A stretch of 64,000 nt of DNA from positions 166,856-230,855 of IMG/VR virus record IMGVR_UViG_3300029305_003510; one strand, given 5' to 3'. The position numbers were made by a program, and so were the translations under genes. The notes under the pieces are model-generated. The model ran no database searches, was not told the origin of the DNA, and saw nothing but the letters and a program-made list of their open reading frames with translations. This stretch comes from a virus. Lineage: Duplodnaviria > Caudoviricetes. Each line of letters begins with the position of its first letter. The stretch's first letter is position 1. This document shows, one piece after another, positions 20,347-29,886 of this stretch.

Positions 20347-22161
20347 GTGCTGATGAGCAAAAAGAAAAAGGACAAAAAGAAAATTGCCATGGACATCCTT
20401 GGGATTGGAACGCCCGAGGATGTCTCTGAGCCCAAAGAAAAGGAGGTTAAGAAACCTGCATCTTGTATTTTAGAACGCAGACTTGAGGATCGAAAGATCC
20501 CATTGGTAGATGCGGGTATTAAAGATAAAGATATCAAGAATCCGCCAGCTGATGTAACGGAGGCTTGGTATCAGTCTGCGCATGTAGGAAAATATGTTCA
20601 CATGGAACAGGTCACAAAAGATGGCCACTCCTATACCACAAAGCGAGTTCAGTTTGAGTTTGGACGTATGCTAAAAGGTTATGGAGATAATTTGGATGAT
20701 CGAGGCGTAAACCCTGTCATTGAGCGACTTTCGTTTGCTACAATGAATAAGGTCTCGTTCATTAACAATATTGCAAACCCCCTTCGCTATATCAACTATT
20801 TCATCGAGTATTTTGATGATGATGATGAACTCATGAGGGCTTACTTCCATGTGATGTTCCAGATTATGTTGGATGACATCGATCTTGATCCCACTGCATT
20901 TATCGAGACTGTCTATGCGGCATTTACTACGGATAGTATGATTGAAAAACTTGTCCGTATGGTAGAATATAATACAGATGACGGTTTGGTAAAGAAAGCG
21001 GATCGAGTATATGATGAATCTATCCAGCTGACGATTGAACATTTGAAAGCAATAATGGGTGTAAGTTGTCTGCACAAGTTTGTTATTCCCCTGGTATCTC
21101 ATTATTATAATACACGCACGCGGCTGTTAGATGAAGCTCATATGACGGATAAGGATTTATACTATTATATGTTCACGTCCTTTATTCCGATCTTCGATGA
21201 GACCTATGACATATGCCTGTATAACAAGTTGTATCACACGAGTACGACGCGTATCACTAAAACCATTAACCAGGAGTCTGGTATGTGGGATCGTCGGCGT
21301 CGTGTTGGTACGACACCTACATCCTATACCAATGAGCTGATGCGTGACTTCGTTATCGACATTTCACAAAAGGCTGTCTTCAGTAAATCTGCTATTGTAT
21401 TTATTCACGTCTGTATGGACAAGGCAATACGCAATACCTTAATCCAGCCGGATAAATACGACTATACAGAAATGACAATGGAGGCATCCGACTCTGTCAA
21501 TGAAACGATATCCCGATTCGATCGTTGGCAGACTGATAAATCTTTCCACAGTCAGAGAGATCGTATTCGATCCTATGTATCGATCAAAGAATCTTTAGAC
21601 CGTTTTGGTCGAGATGTTGGATTGGATTTCAAGAAGATGCGATCTGACAAGAAGAAAGATATAGAAGCAACCAGAGAACTGAGAGAAGAGTTTGTGTATT
21701 ATCGTGATAATATCGTTCAACCTATGAATGATGCACAGCTTTATCTTATCCAGTTGTACTATTCCTCTCTGGTAGGCAATACGGAGGATGGCCGTACAAT
21801 GGAAACTTCGGATATCATTAAAGTTATCATGATCATGAAGCGCGACTTTGAAAGAAGGAACTATAGCTATCTCCCATTCTTCATTAGTGGTAAGGTTGAT
21901 GTTGCGGCTGGTAAAAAATACAATCGCAAACGTGTCGAGAAACTTATCACTTCACACCCTTTGTATGAGGATTGGGTTGCGGAATATGAATTCACGGAGG
22001 GCTTGCTGAACAAGGAGAAGATGTACGGCGAGATTAAAACCGTGGTTGCATGTCCGATCGTGGTAATTGATTATGAGCATCCGGAGATGTGCGGTCAATT
22101 AATGAAACCTGTAGAGGTATGTGTAGTGGATGAGATCATGAGGTTCTATTGTTCGCTGTAA
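20347..22161 (+). CDS. Hypothetical protein; candidate promoter-specificity subunit of the non-virion RNAP
   Basis: 604 aa, helical; lies between the chaperonin and a beta'-C gene; TATATATTAT upstream. Function inferred from position only. Confidence 0.3.
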   Translation: MLMSKKKKDKKKIAMDILGIGTPEDVSEPKEKEVKKPASCILERRLEDRKIPLVDAGIKDKDIKNPPADVTEAWYQSAHVGKYVHMEQVTKDGHSYTTKRVQFEFGRMLKGYGDNLDDRGVNPVIERLSFATMNKVSFINNIANPLRYINYFIEYFDDDDELMRAYFHVMFQIMLDDIDLDPTAFIETVYAAFTTDSMIEKLVRMVEYNTDDGLVKKADRVYDESIQLTIEHLKAIMGVSCLHKFVIPLVSHYYNTRTRLLDEAHMTDKDLYYYMFTSFIPIFDETYDICLYNKLYHTSTTRITKTINQESGMWDRRRRVGTTPTSYTNELMRDFVIDISQKAVFSKSAIVFIHVCMDKAIRNTLIQPDKYDYTEMTMEASDSVNETISRFDRWQTDKSFHSQRDRIRSYVSIKESLDRFGRDVGLDFKKMRSDKKKDIEATRELREEFVYYRDNIVQPMNDAQLYLIQLYYSSLVGNTEDGRTMETSDIIKVIMIMKRDFERRNYSYLPFFISGKVDVAAGKKYNRKRVEKLITSHPLYEDWVAEYEFTEGLLNKEKMYGEIKTVVACPIVVIDYEHPEMCGQLMKPVEVCVVDEIMRFYCSL

Positions 22162-22207
22162 TCTCAAGCATATATTATAACAGAGAACCTTATGAAGGAG
22201 GTATTAT

Positions 22208-24376
22208 ATGAGCGATAAGTCACTTGATCCTCGAGAATATCGAGGTCGACACATGGAAAACTACCGGACGGAAAAAGAGAGGAAGCAGGATTGGATCCAT
22301 AAGATCTTTCTCTTCAGTCCGGAGAAATCTGAAGATATAGATTTCATGAACTCTAAGCTCAGTCAGATTGTGAACATTTATGAACACAATATGGCAGATT
22401 TTGAATTTAATGCCAAGAAGATCATCAAGCATTATAAGAGGTGCTATGGCGATACAACTCTTGGTATCTACACACTTGGACAGTCAATCGTATTCCGAGT
22501 GTACAAGGGACAGGAGGAACCCTACCATCTGTCTCTGTATAAGTTCTTGATGAACTACACTATGCTGGTTCTTCCCATCACGGTTGGTTGTGATATGAAG
22601 GATTGGCAGCCATGGTCTCCTCACCGTTGGACCACTGATGGTTGGGTGGATCAGATGAATAAGTATATTGAGCAAGCAAGACCCGAAGCTAATATGCGAC
22701 TGATCTGCGAATGTCTGGAGCTATCTAAATATCTTATGAATCTCTGGGTGGCAGAAGCTGGTGATCGTCTTGGTTTGAGTATTTCTAATAATGACTTCAT
22801 TGAAGTCATGAAGAGAAGTGAAGATGCTTATAAGTCGATCACCTGCACATTTGATATCCCCGATGGAATTAGTCCTACTGATCTTGAGAAGATGACATCA
22901 GAACGAACCAATAAACTTCTGTCGTTCATTAGTGATCAGGTGGATCTTCCTATCTCTGTATATGCACGGAATAAGCTGTTCAATCCTGCACAGTTCCGTG
23001 AGTATGCAGTCCACATTTGTCACAAGCCGGATCTTGGCGGTAACACTATTCCGTATACGTATCCGACAAATATCATCATGGGCATTAAAGATCCTCGTGC
23101 ATTCTCTGTCGATGCTCATGGTGGTAGAAAGGCTGAAATTACCAAGCTTAACGTATCCGATGCAGGTACACTAGAACGAGCGTTGATGATGATGATGTCT
23201 CCTGTCCGCTTTGTTGATAATGACTATGAGTGTAACAGTAAACATTTCCGTAAACGCTATGTTGCTAGCCCTAAAGATCTGGTAAAATTGGATGGGCGTG
23301 TATATACACTTGATCCTGAATCTGATGAATATTGGATCTGCGATCCATCTGATACTAGTCTTATCGGAAAAACGATTTATCTCAAAACTCCGATTACGTG
23401 CACACATCCCAAACGCAATGAAGGTGTTATATGTTCTGCCTGTTATGGTAAGCTGATGTCTTCGCTGAACTGTGATGTGCATGTTGGTCGTCTGGCCGCA
23501 GCAGAGTCTGCTGATGAGATTGAACAGAAGCTTCTGTCGGCAAAGCATGCTCTTCAGACGAATACTGTGCGTGTAGAGTTTGATGATATGTTTGCACAAT
23601 ATTTCGATCTCGGTAATGGTCAGATTTCCCTCGGTTCTGATATGATCGAAGAGTCTATGGAACATGATAGCGATTTCCACCATCTCCATCTGGAGTTCTA
23701 TCCTCATACAATGGGGAAACATCAGGATGGTGAGTCCAGACATTTCGATCGATCTTTCACTGAGATCGTGATTTATGATGATCGTGATGGTAGCCGTATC
23801 ACTATCTCCGAGAAGAATGGAACAAAGTTATATCTCAGTCCGGAGTTCAATGATGATCACTTTCTCCCTGCACTTAACTACAGGGATACGAAGGATTATA
23901 TCCGAATTCCGTTCACTGAAATTTGTGATGCAGGTGAAGTTCTGACACAGGTGCTGTTCGAGTTTGCTTTCAAGAATAATGAATTGGCAAGCCCGCTTCT
24001 GACGTTGGAACGAATCATGTTCAACTGTGAAACCATTAATCAATTTAGCGGATATGATGACTGTCTGGATACTCTGATTCCGCTGTTCATTAAGGGTGGT
24101 ATCTATATCCCTGACTATCAGACGGAGATGCTGGTATCTCAGATGATCACATCCCCTACTGGAGAACCTGTAGACTGGAATGATCCTAATCCGGAATATG
24201 TGTTCAACAGTATCAATAAGTCGATCCAGAAAAATGCATCAGCACTAACAAGTATACTCTATAGAGAGTCTGGTGCACAGATCGCAGGTGCTTACGACAC
24301 CTATAACAAATCGGGCACATCCTCGTATGACTGGTTTATCCTGGAACGAGGTGCTAATAGCGTGTGGAGCGAATAA
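22208..24376 (+). CDS. RNA polymerase beta'-like C-terminal subunit (probably non-virion RNAP)
   Basis: Bridge helix VSDAGTLERAL; Zn site TPITC...ICSACYG; trigger loop VGRLAA...EQKLLSAKH; QTEMLVSQM. Confidence 0.85.
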   Translation: MSDKSLDPREYRGRHMENYRTEKERKQDWIHKIFLFSPEKSEDIDFMNSKLSQIVNIYEHNMADFEFNAKKIIKHYKRCYGDTTLGIYTLGQSIVFRVYKGQEEPYHLSLYKFLMNYTMLVLPITVGCDMKDWQPWSPHRWTTDGWVDQMNKYIEQARPEANMRLICECLELSKYLMNLWVAEAGDRLGLSISNNDFIEVMKRSEDAYKSITCTFDIPDGISPTDLEKMTSERTNKLLSFISDQVDLPISVYARNKLFNPAQFREYAVHICHKPDLGGNTIPYTYPTNIIMGIKDPRAFSVDAHGGRKAEITKLNVSDAGTLERALMMMMSPVRFVDNDYECNSKHFRKRYVASPKDLVKLDGRVYTLDPESDEYWICDPSDTSLIGKTIYLKTPITCTHPKRNEGVICSACYGKLMSSLNCDVHVGRLAAAESADEIEQKLLSAKHALQTNTVRVEFDDMFAQYFDLGNGQISLGSDMIEESMEHDSDFHHLHLEFYPHTMGKHQDGESRHFDRSFTEIVIYDDRDGSRITISEKNGTKLYLSPEFNDDHFLPALNYRDTKDYIRIPFTEICDAGEVLTQVLFEFAFKNNELASPLLTLERIMFNCETINQFSGYDDCLDTLIPLFIKGGIYIPDYQTEMLVSQMITSPTGEPVDWNDPNPEYVFNSINKSIQKNASALTSILYRESGAQIAGAYDTYNKSGTSSYDWFILERGANSVWSE

Positions 24377-24430
24377 ATATCGCTTCACCAAGCCAACCAA
24401 AATATGCATAAGAAGAAAGGATGCAACACA

Positions 24431-24889
24431 ATGGCTAACTACGAGAAGAACAACAACAAGACCGGCAACAATCGTCCTCCCAAGCCCGATCCTCATCCCG
24501 TCGCCGTGCTTCTGCGCGACAACATTAGTAATCAAATGCTCGATTTCTTGAGAGCTACTCCCGAGGATCGTTTCAACATGTGTAGAGATTTGTTCAAGGT
24601 TGAGGCTTTCCCCAGCGATCTGGCGGGCTGTGAGGGTGCTGAAAACTACAGTGTCTTCCAGATTGAGCGTACTACTCGTATGCGCAAGGAAGATGTCGAG
24701 AACAATGAGATTCCTCGCATGTCTGTTGCTATTATCCTGATCGATAAGACTACCCATAAGCCGGCGTTCTATCTCAATGGATATATTACTCCTAGAGCTA
24801 CTGCTTCTATCACCATCTACTGCATGGGTGAGAACGGTCCTGACTATCGCCAGACTGTGCGCTGGAGCTCCCGTGAGTTCGGCTTCTAA
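24431..24889 (+). CDS. Hypothetical protein
   Basis: AAAGGATG RBS; strong codon bias. Confidence 0.7.
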   Translation: MANYEKNNNKTGNNRPPKPDPHPVAVLLRDNISNQMLDFLRATPEDRFNMCRDLFKVEAFPSDLAGCEGAENYSVFQIERTTRMRKEDVENNEIPRMSVAIILIDKTTHKPAFYLNGYITPRATASITIYCMGENGPDYRQTVRWSSREFGF

Positions 24890-24994
24890 TAGCCGATACA
24901 TATAAGGAGTACGACAAAGGGTGGGCCTTCGGGTCCACCTTCTCCTTTTCGCGAACATTCCTATACAATTACATACAGAAAGGATTGCGATACC

Positions 24995-25351
24995 ATGAAT
25001 ACGCATTTTAACCCGTATGAGGAGCTGGCCAACGCAATCATTGTACAGGCGGCTAAGGACTACAAAGACGTTCTGAAAGGATGTGTCGAGAGTAATACGA
25101 AGAACAGGAAAGAACTGGAACAATTCTTCCATTCTGAGTATTTCATAACTCTTACAAATCTGGATGGTAAAGTTCTGATGGAACGTCTTCGTCAGACCGT
25201 GCACGAGGAAGAGGAAGCTAAGCGTAAGAGAGCAGTAAGCCGACATCGTAAATCCACAGTAGAAACCAAAACAGAGGATATAACTCTTCATAAAGAAAAT
25301 GTCTTTCGTTACAAGAATTACATAGCTGGAGAGTATAAAGTCTCCGCGTAA
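24995..25351 (+). CDS. Hypothetical protein of a type common in Firmicutes phages
   Basis: YEELANAIIVQAAKDY...LEQFFHSEYF; AACA-N6-TA at 24954. Confidence 0.7.
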   Translation: MNTHFNPYEELANAIIVQAAKDYKDVLKGCVESNTKNRKELEQFFHSEYFITLTNLDGKVLMERLRQTVHEEEEAKRKRAVSRHRKSTVETKTEDITLHKENVFRYKNYIAGEYKVSA

Positions 25352-25439
25352 ATAGAAATGATAGTCAGCCCGGGATAAAACTCCCGGGCTGATATTTTTT
25401 GATTAGTCTCAGAACGTAAGAATAAGAGGTGATAAGAAA

Positions 25440-26987
25440 ATGGAACCTAACACTGAAACTTTTTATCAGTTAGTGCCGAAGAAGCATACGACGAAACTGA
25501 GACTGAATAGAGTAAAAGACAATGCGATCATATTTCGTCATGGTCACATTGCTATTACTAATTATGAGTTAGGACAGAACCGTGAATTCGAAAAATCAAT
25601 ATCCACATGGGAAGAGATGCAATGGAGATATGATCGCAAAGTTGGTTATTATGTTCCAGAATTAAAAGAATTTCGCATTCCTCGCGGATTTAATACTGAG
25701 CAATTAGCACAGTATTTTAAAGGATATAATGTTCGAGTAGACAATAATGCGGTTTATCCTGCAGATAAAATCAAAATAGATCTTCTTACACCACCCCGCG
25801 ATGATGAGCAGCGGGTGGGCCTTTCTTTTCTGTGCTGTCAGGGAGAATTCACAAGAAACGCTCGTTATACTACTTTAATGCTAGATTTAACGACCGGGTC
25901 TGGAAAGTCGTATACAGCAGTAGCTGCCACATGCTTTATGCAAGCGCGTACGTTAATAGTTGTTCCATTTAGCAAACTGCTTGATCAATGGAAGATGTCG
26001 TATTTAAATTTCACTTCTCTTAAAGAAGATGAAATTCTTATCGTTCAAGGTAGTAAGACATGTGAAAAGATTATTGCGGGAGAATATACGCATATAAAAG
26101 TATTTATCATGATGTGTGATACCTTGGACTCTTTCAATAAACGTCATGGTGATTTAGAAACTATTGAACTTCTTCGATCTACAAATGCTTATGTGAAGAT
26201 TATTGATGAAGTTCATAGAGATCTGAAAATCATTTCTAAAATTGAAGCTCTCAGCAACTTTCACATGAACTTTTATCTTTCGGCTACTCCAGGTAGAACA
26301 CAAAGAAAAGAAAACTGGATCTTCAAAACATGTTTCTATCATGTACCCAAGTTCGGCTCAAAGTTTAAGACAAAAGAAGAGAAACATCTCAATGTGATTG
26401 TTAAGAGGTATTCTTTTGTACCAACGCCGGCGCAGATTAGTCGCATGGTTCATAGACAGAAGAAATGGCTTAATGGTAAGAGCTATGAAAAAGAGCTTAT
26501 GTATGCACCAGATGAACAAAAAGCGGATTTTGTCAACAGTCTAAAAGCTATGCTTAAATGGAGCAAAGGTCTACTCAAGGATGGGAATAAGATTCTTATC
26601 CTCAGTGAGACTATTGATGGTACAGAGTTTACTCGTCATATTGCAGATGAGATCTTTCCAAATAAGTGTGCACGATACTATGGGCAGATGAAAGATGCTG
26701 ATAAAGAAGAGGCGTTAAAAGCCACTGTTATTTGTGCAACAATATCTTCTCTTGGTACTGGAGCTGATATGCCAGGAATTCAGCATGTATACAATATTAC
26801 GACATATTCTAGTCAGATTACAGCTATACAAACTGCCGGTCGTGGAAGAAAACTAAAAGATGGTGTTAGCGTCTTCTATATTGAGCTAGTAAATCTAAGT
26901 TATCTGAAAACGCTGCGCCAGTATGAGAAGAGAAAACCTAATCTGATTAAGATTTCTAAAACCGGAAAGATAATGGTCATAGATTGA
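25440..26987 (+). CDS. Superfamily 2 DExH helicase (UvsW-like)
   Basis: LTTGSGKS, IIDEVH, LSATP, LGTGADMP, QTAGRGR. Confidence 0.9.
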   Translation: MEPNTETFYQLVPKKHTTKLRLNRVKDNAIIFRHGHIAITNYELGQNREFEKSISTWEEMQWRYDRKVGYYVPELKEFRIPRGFNTEQLAQYFKGYNVRVDNNAVYPADKIKIDLLTPPRDDEQRVGLSFLCCQGEFTRNARYTTLMLDLTTGSGKSYTAVAATCFMQARTLIVVPFSKLLDQWKMSYLNFTSLKEDEILIVQGSKTCEKIIAGEYTHIKVFIMMCDTLDSFNKRHGDLETIELLRSTNAYVKIIDEVHRDLKIISKIEALSNFHMNFYLSATPGRTQRKENWIFKTCFYHVPKFGSKFKTKEEKHLNVIVKRYSFVPTPAQISRMVHRQKKWLNGKSYEKELMYAPDEQKADFVNSLKAMLKWSKGLLKDGNKILILSETIDGTEFTRHIADEIFPNKCARYYGQMKDADKEEALKATVICATISSLGTGADMPGIQHVYNITTYSSQITAIQTAGRGRKLKDGVSVFYIELVNLSYLKTLRQYEKRKPNLIKISKTGKIMVID

Positions 26988-27035
26988 GTATATATTATAG
27001 TATGGAAAGAAACGAGAAAGGAGGATTCAATTCCT

Positions 27036-27266
27036 ATGCCTAATATGCAAGTAGAGATCATGGTCGCCGTAGCTGGTATTCTGATTACAGCACTGTTGGT
27101 GGTCCATTTGATCGTACACTGTAGACTATTTGAGAGAAAAGCGAAACTTCAGGAAGATCTGGTTAATATCTATACACCAGATATTCTGAAGGGGACAGTG
27201 GCGGAAACGCCTGAGCTGGCACATCTGGAACTAAAAGAGGTTGGCTCGAAAAAGGAGACAGAATGA
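27036..27266 (+). CDS. Small membrane protein
   Basis: AGGAGG RBS; N-terminal TM; TATATATTAT upstream. Confidence 0.6.
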   Translation: MPNMQVEIMVAVAGILITALLVVHLIVHCRLFERKAKLQEDLVNIYTPDILKGTVAETPELAHLELKEVGSKKETE

Positions 27267-28000
27267 AACTGATCACCACTATCTTTCCGGCTGATGAAAT
27301 AGAGGTTGTATTAACCATACAATCTCGCGTCAGTCGGAATGCAAAAGACCAACCAAATAATGAACCTTTGATAACCAGATATCGGTCTAAAATTGGTAAT
27401 GAGTCTTTGATCTTTAACCCAAGTGTCGCGTTGATACTAAAGAGCCGAGTAATTCGTGAAACCATTACAGACGCTCTGATTCCACTTAATCTGATCTATC
27501 GTTTCACTGCATCTGTATCAGCCGTATATCAGAAACTTCAATCGGAGAAACTGTTTCTGGCCGATGGAAGTAGCTTATATGTAGATCAGAAACAAGCATT
27601 ACAACATTCACGTAAGATATCCCTGTTTCGAAATAGTCTGACCATCACACCGGGTGTGGCATCAGATCGAACAGGGAAATTAATCAAAGGAATAACCTTC
27701 AATATTGAAGGCAATCCAATCGGAACAATGCACCATGGAGAAGTGCTTGGGCTATTGGATGTGATGGATCATCTTGATATCAGCTCATTTACATTATTGG
27801 CTGGTGTTGTAGATGAAATAGCAAGTATGAACCTGAAGATGGATACAGTTTTGACAAAACTGGATAACATCGAAAATCTGCTCAAGCAATTCAATAGCAC
27901 TGGAATTAGTGTTGATAAACCTGTAGTATCTGTAGCTGCACCTCAGATACCAATGGGCGGATTTAATTGGCAAGTAGCTGACCCTGGTATGTTTACCTAA
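27263..28000 (+). CDS. Hypothetical protein
   Basis: 245 aa; AAGGAG RBS. Confidence 0.7.
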   Translation: MKLITTIFPADEIEVVLTIQSRVSRNAKDQPNNEPLITRYRSKIGNESLIFNPSVALILKSRVIRETITDALIPLNLIYRFTASVSAVYQKLQSEKLFLADGSSLYVDQKQALQHSRKISLFRNSLTITPGVASDRTGKLIKGITFNIEGNPIGTMHHGEVLGLLDVMDHLDISSFTLLAGVVDEIASMNLKMDTVLTKLDNIENLLKQFNSTGISVDKPVVSVAAPQIPMGGFNWQVADPGMFT

Positions 28001-28027
28001 TGACAGAAGAAAGGATGTGAGAATGAA

Positions 28028-28918
28028 ATGAGCAAATCACTGGCAACCACTATGGCCTATCTCGAGGGTACACCATTTCGCGTAGAAGATTATCCTTGGG
28101 ATATAGTCGAACGCGATGGGCCTAGTGCACTAAAGAAAGGTATTGCTTATCGGTATGAAAAGAAAACCAAGTTTGGCGATACCTGTCTGATTACGTCTGG
28201 GTTGTTTCCATTCCGAGGCGTAACAAAAGATGACTTCTCGTATTCCACAGCAAAAGTAGGTTTCTGGTCAAGAAAGATTTCACATGATGAGTATAAGCTG
28301 ATTCTTGTGAGACCTCGATCGATGCAGGAACGAGAAGAATATCGAATTGGAAAGGAACAAGATCTGGTAGCAGCCACATTGAATCATTCCTTTACCATCG
28401 ATCAATTTACAGATAATAACCTGTATCAATCGGATATTGGCGTAGATGTATATATGCCACCGATTCATGCTGATGACGATCCTCTGAACATGTTGATGAA
28501 AATGTTCATACGTCTGAAGCATGCTCCATTTGAACCATATGGAGCGAGATTGAAGGCGCTTGCGGTGGATAAAAAGAAAGGCGTTGAAGGTTCCAACATT
28601 GTAAATAACAGCAAGCGGAGTCTTCGATTGAACCGAGCTATGTCTCCTACGAAGTTCATGCAATATGATGACACTTGGCAGGGAGAAGCAGCGTTTATCA
28701 TTAAAGATATTCCAACTGCAATGCATAAAATGAGTATACCTGAAGGTAAGATGTTGGTAATCTATCCGAATGGTATGCCGTTTGAAATCAATCAGGATAA
28801 TCTGATTGATATTAGCCCAATGGTTGCGGAAGCTATTTCTACAACCTTAGATAATGAAACCCATCCTAAGAAACAGAGAAAGTCCGACGAGGGCGAGGAG
28901 GAAGAGTTCGATGAATAA
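28028..28918 (+). CDS. Hypothetical protein
   Basis: 296 aa; acidic tail. Confidence 0.7.
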   Translation: MSKSLATTMAYLEGTPFRVEDYPWDIVERDGPSALKKGIAYRYEKKTKFGDTCLITSGLFPFRGVTKDDFSYSTAKVGFWSRKISHDEYKLILVRPRSMQEREEYRIGKEQDLVAATLNHSFTIDQFTDNNLYQSDIGVDVYMPPIHADDDPLNMLMKMFIRLKHAPFEPYGARLKALAVDKKKGVEGSNIVNNSKRSLRLNRAMSPTKFMQYDDTWQGEAAFIIKDIPTAMHKMSIPEGKMLVIYPNGMPFEINQDNLIDISPMVAEAISTTLDNETHPKKQRKSDEGEEEEFDE

Positions 28919-29786
28919 CCATACAGTTATGACATTTCTGATAGTATATAGCGTTCTGGTGCTGGTCTTGTTGATCAGCACCATTTTCATGGTCAGAAAA
29001 ATGCACCGACAGAATCGTATTTGGCGTATGATGATCGCAGATCTGGCAACAAGAAATAAACTTCTCACGGATGCAAGAGATCGTCATAGAGAGGTTGGTC
29101 AAATCTTTTCAAAGGTCCTATTTGATCTGGCGAATAGTAATAATCCGGAAACAATCCAGTGGAAACTGATGTCTATCCGTCAGGTGAAAGATGCACTGGT
29201 TCACCATTCCGGTGCCATGCATTACTATGATGCCAACTACCATAATTGGTTAATTGATATCCTTACCCGTGCAACGCCGCAATGTAAGCAGGATGTTATA
29301 GCGATTATACGTAAGTGGACCAAGGGTTATTATGTAATGGATCCTGATACAGGTGAGAATATTACAAACCTGATCGAGAAACTGATGGATGTAGAATCCG
29401 CGCGGAAAGGTGATGAAAAGGTGTGGCTTCAACAGGTCAATGAATTCACAAAATTCGTCCAAGAATCGCACTTCAACTTCCCAATCGTTGATACAAAATC
29501 CAAGGAGAAAGAACCTATCAGAAAGATCTCATTCGAGGAGATCCTTGCAGAGATCAACTCAGATCCCAACTTGTGGGGTCCAGACACAGCTGAGGAGGTG
29601 ACAACCGATGGCAGTTCCGAGTCCGATTCGGGGACCGAAGAGTACACTGCAGAATATGCAGACATACAAATCGCAGAGTTACAAGGGCAAGAAGAACAAT
29701 CTGTTTACTCCGAAGACTCAGCCGAAGACGAACCTGTTCCGGAGGGGACCGAAGTAATTATCATGAGCGGTAGTAAAGCCGTATAA
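28911..29786 (+). CDS. Membrane-anchored hypothetical protein
   Basis: ATG 28911 after GAGGAGG; N-terminal TM; acidic C-terminus. Confidence 0.65.
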   Translation: MNNHTVMTFLIVYSVLVLVLLISTIFMVRKMHRQNRIWRMMIADLATRNKLLTDARDRHREVGQIFSKVLFDLANSNNPETIQWKLMSIRQVKDALVHHSGAMHYYDANYHNWLIDILTRATPQCKQDVIAIIRKWTKGYYVMDPDTGENITNLIEKLMDVESARKGDEKVWLQQVNEFTKFVQESHFNFPIVDTKSKEKEPIRKISFEEILAEINSDPNLWGPDTAEEVTTDGSSESDSGTEEYTAEYADIQIAELQGQEEQSVYSEDSAEDEPVPEGTEVIIMSGSKAV

Positions 29787-29886
29787 AGAAGGAAGAGAAG
29801 AAGAGGAGAGACCAGGGTATATCCCCCTGGCTCTTCTTTTTTGGTATTTCCTTTAACACCTTAATACTTGGAGGTGGTATACCTGT

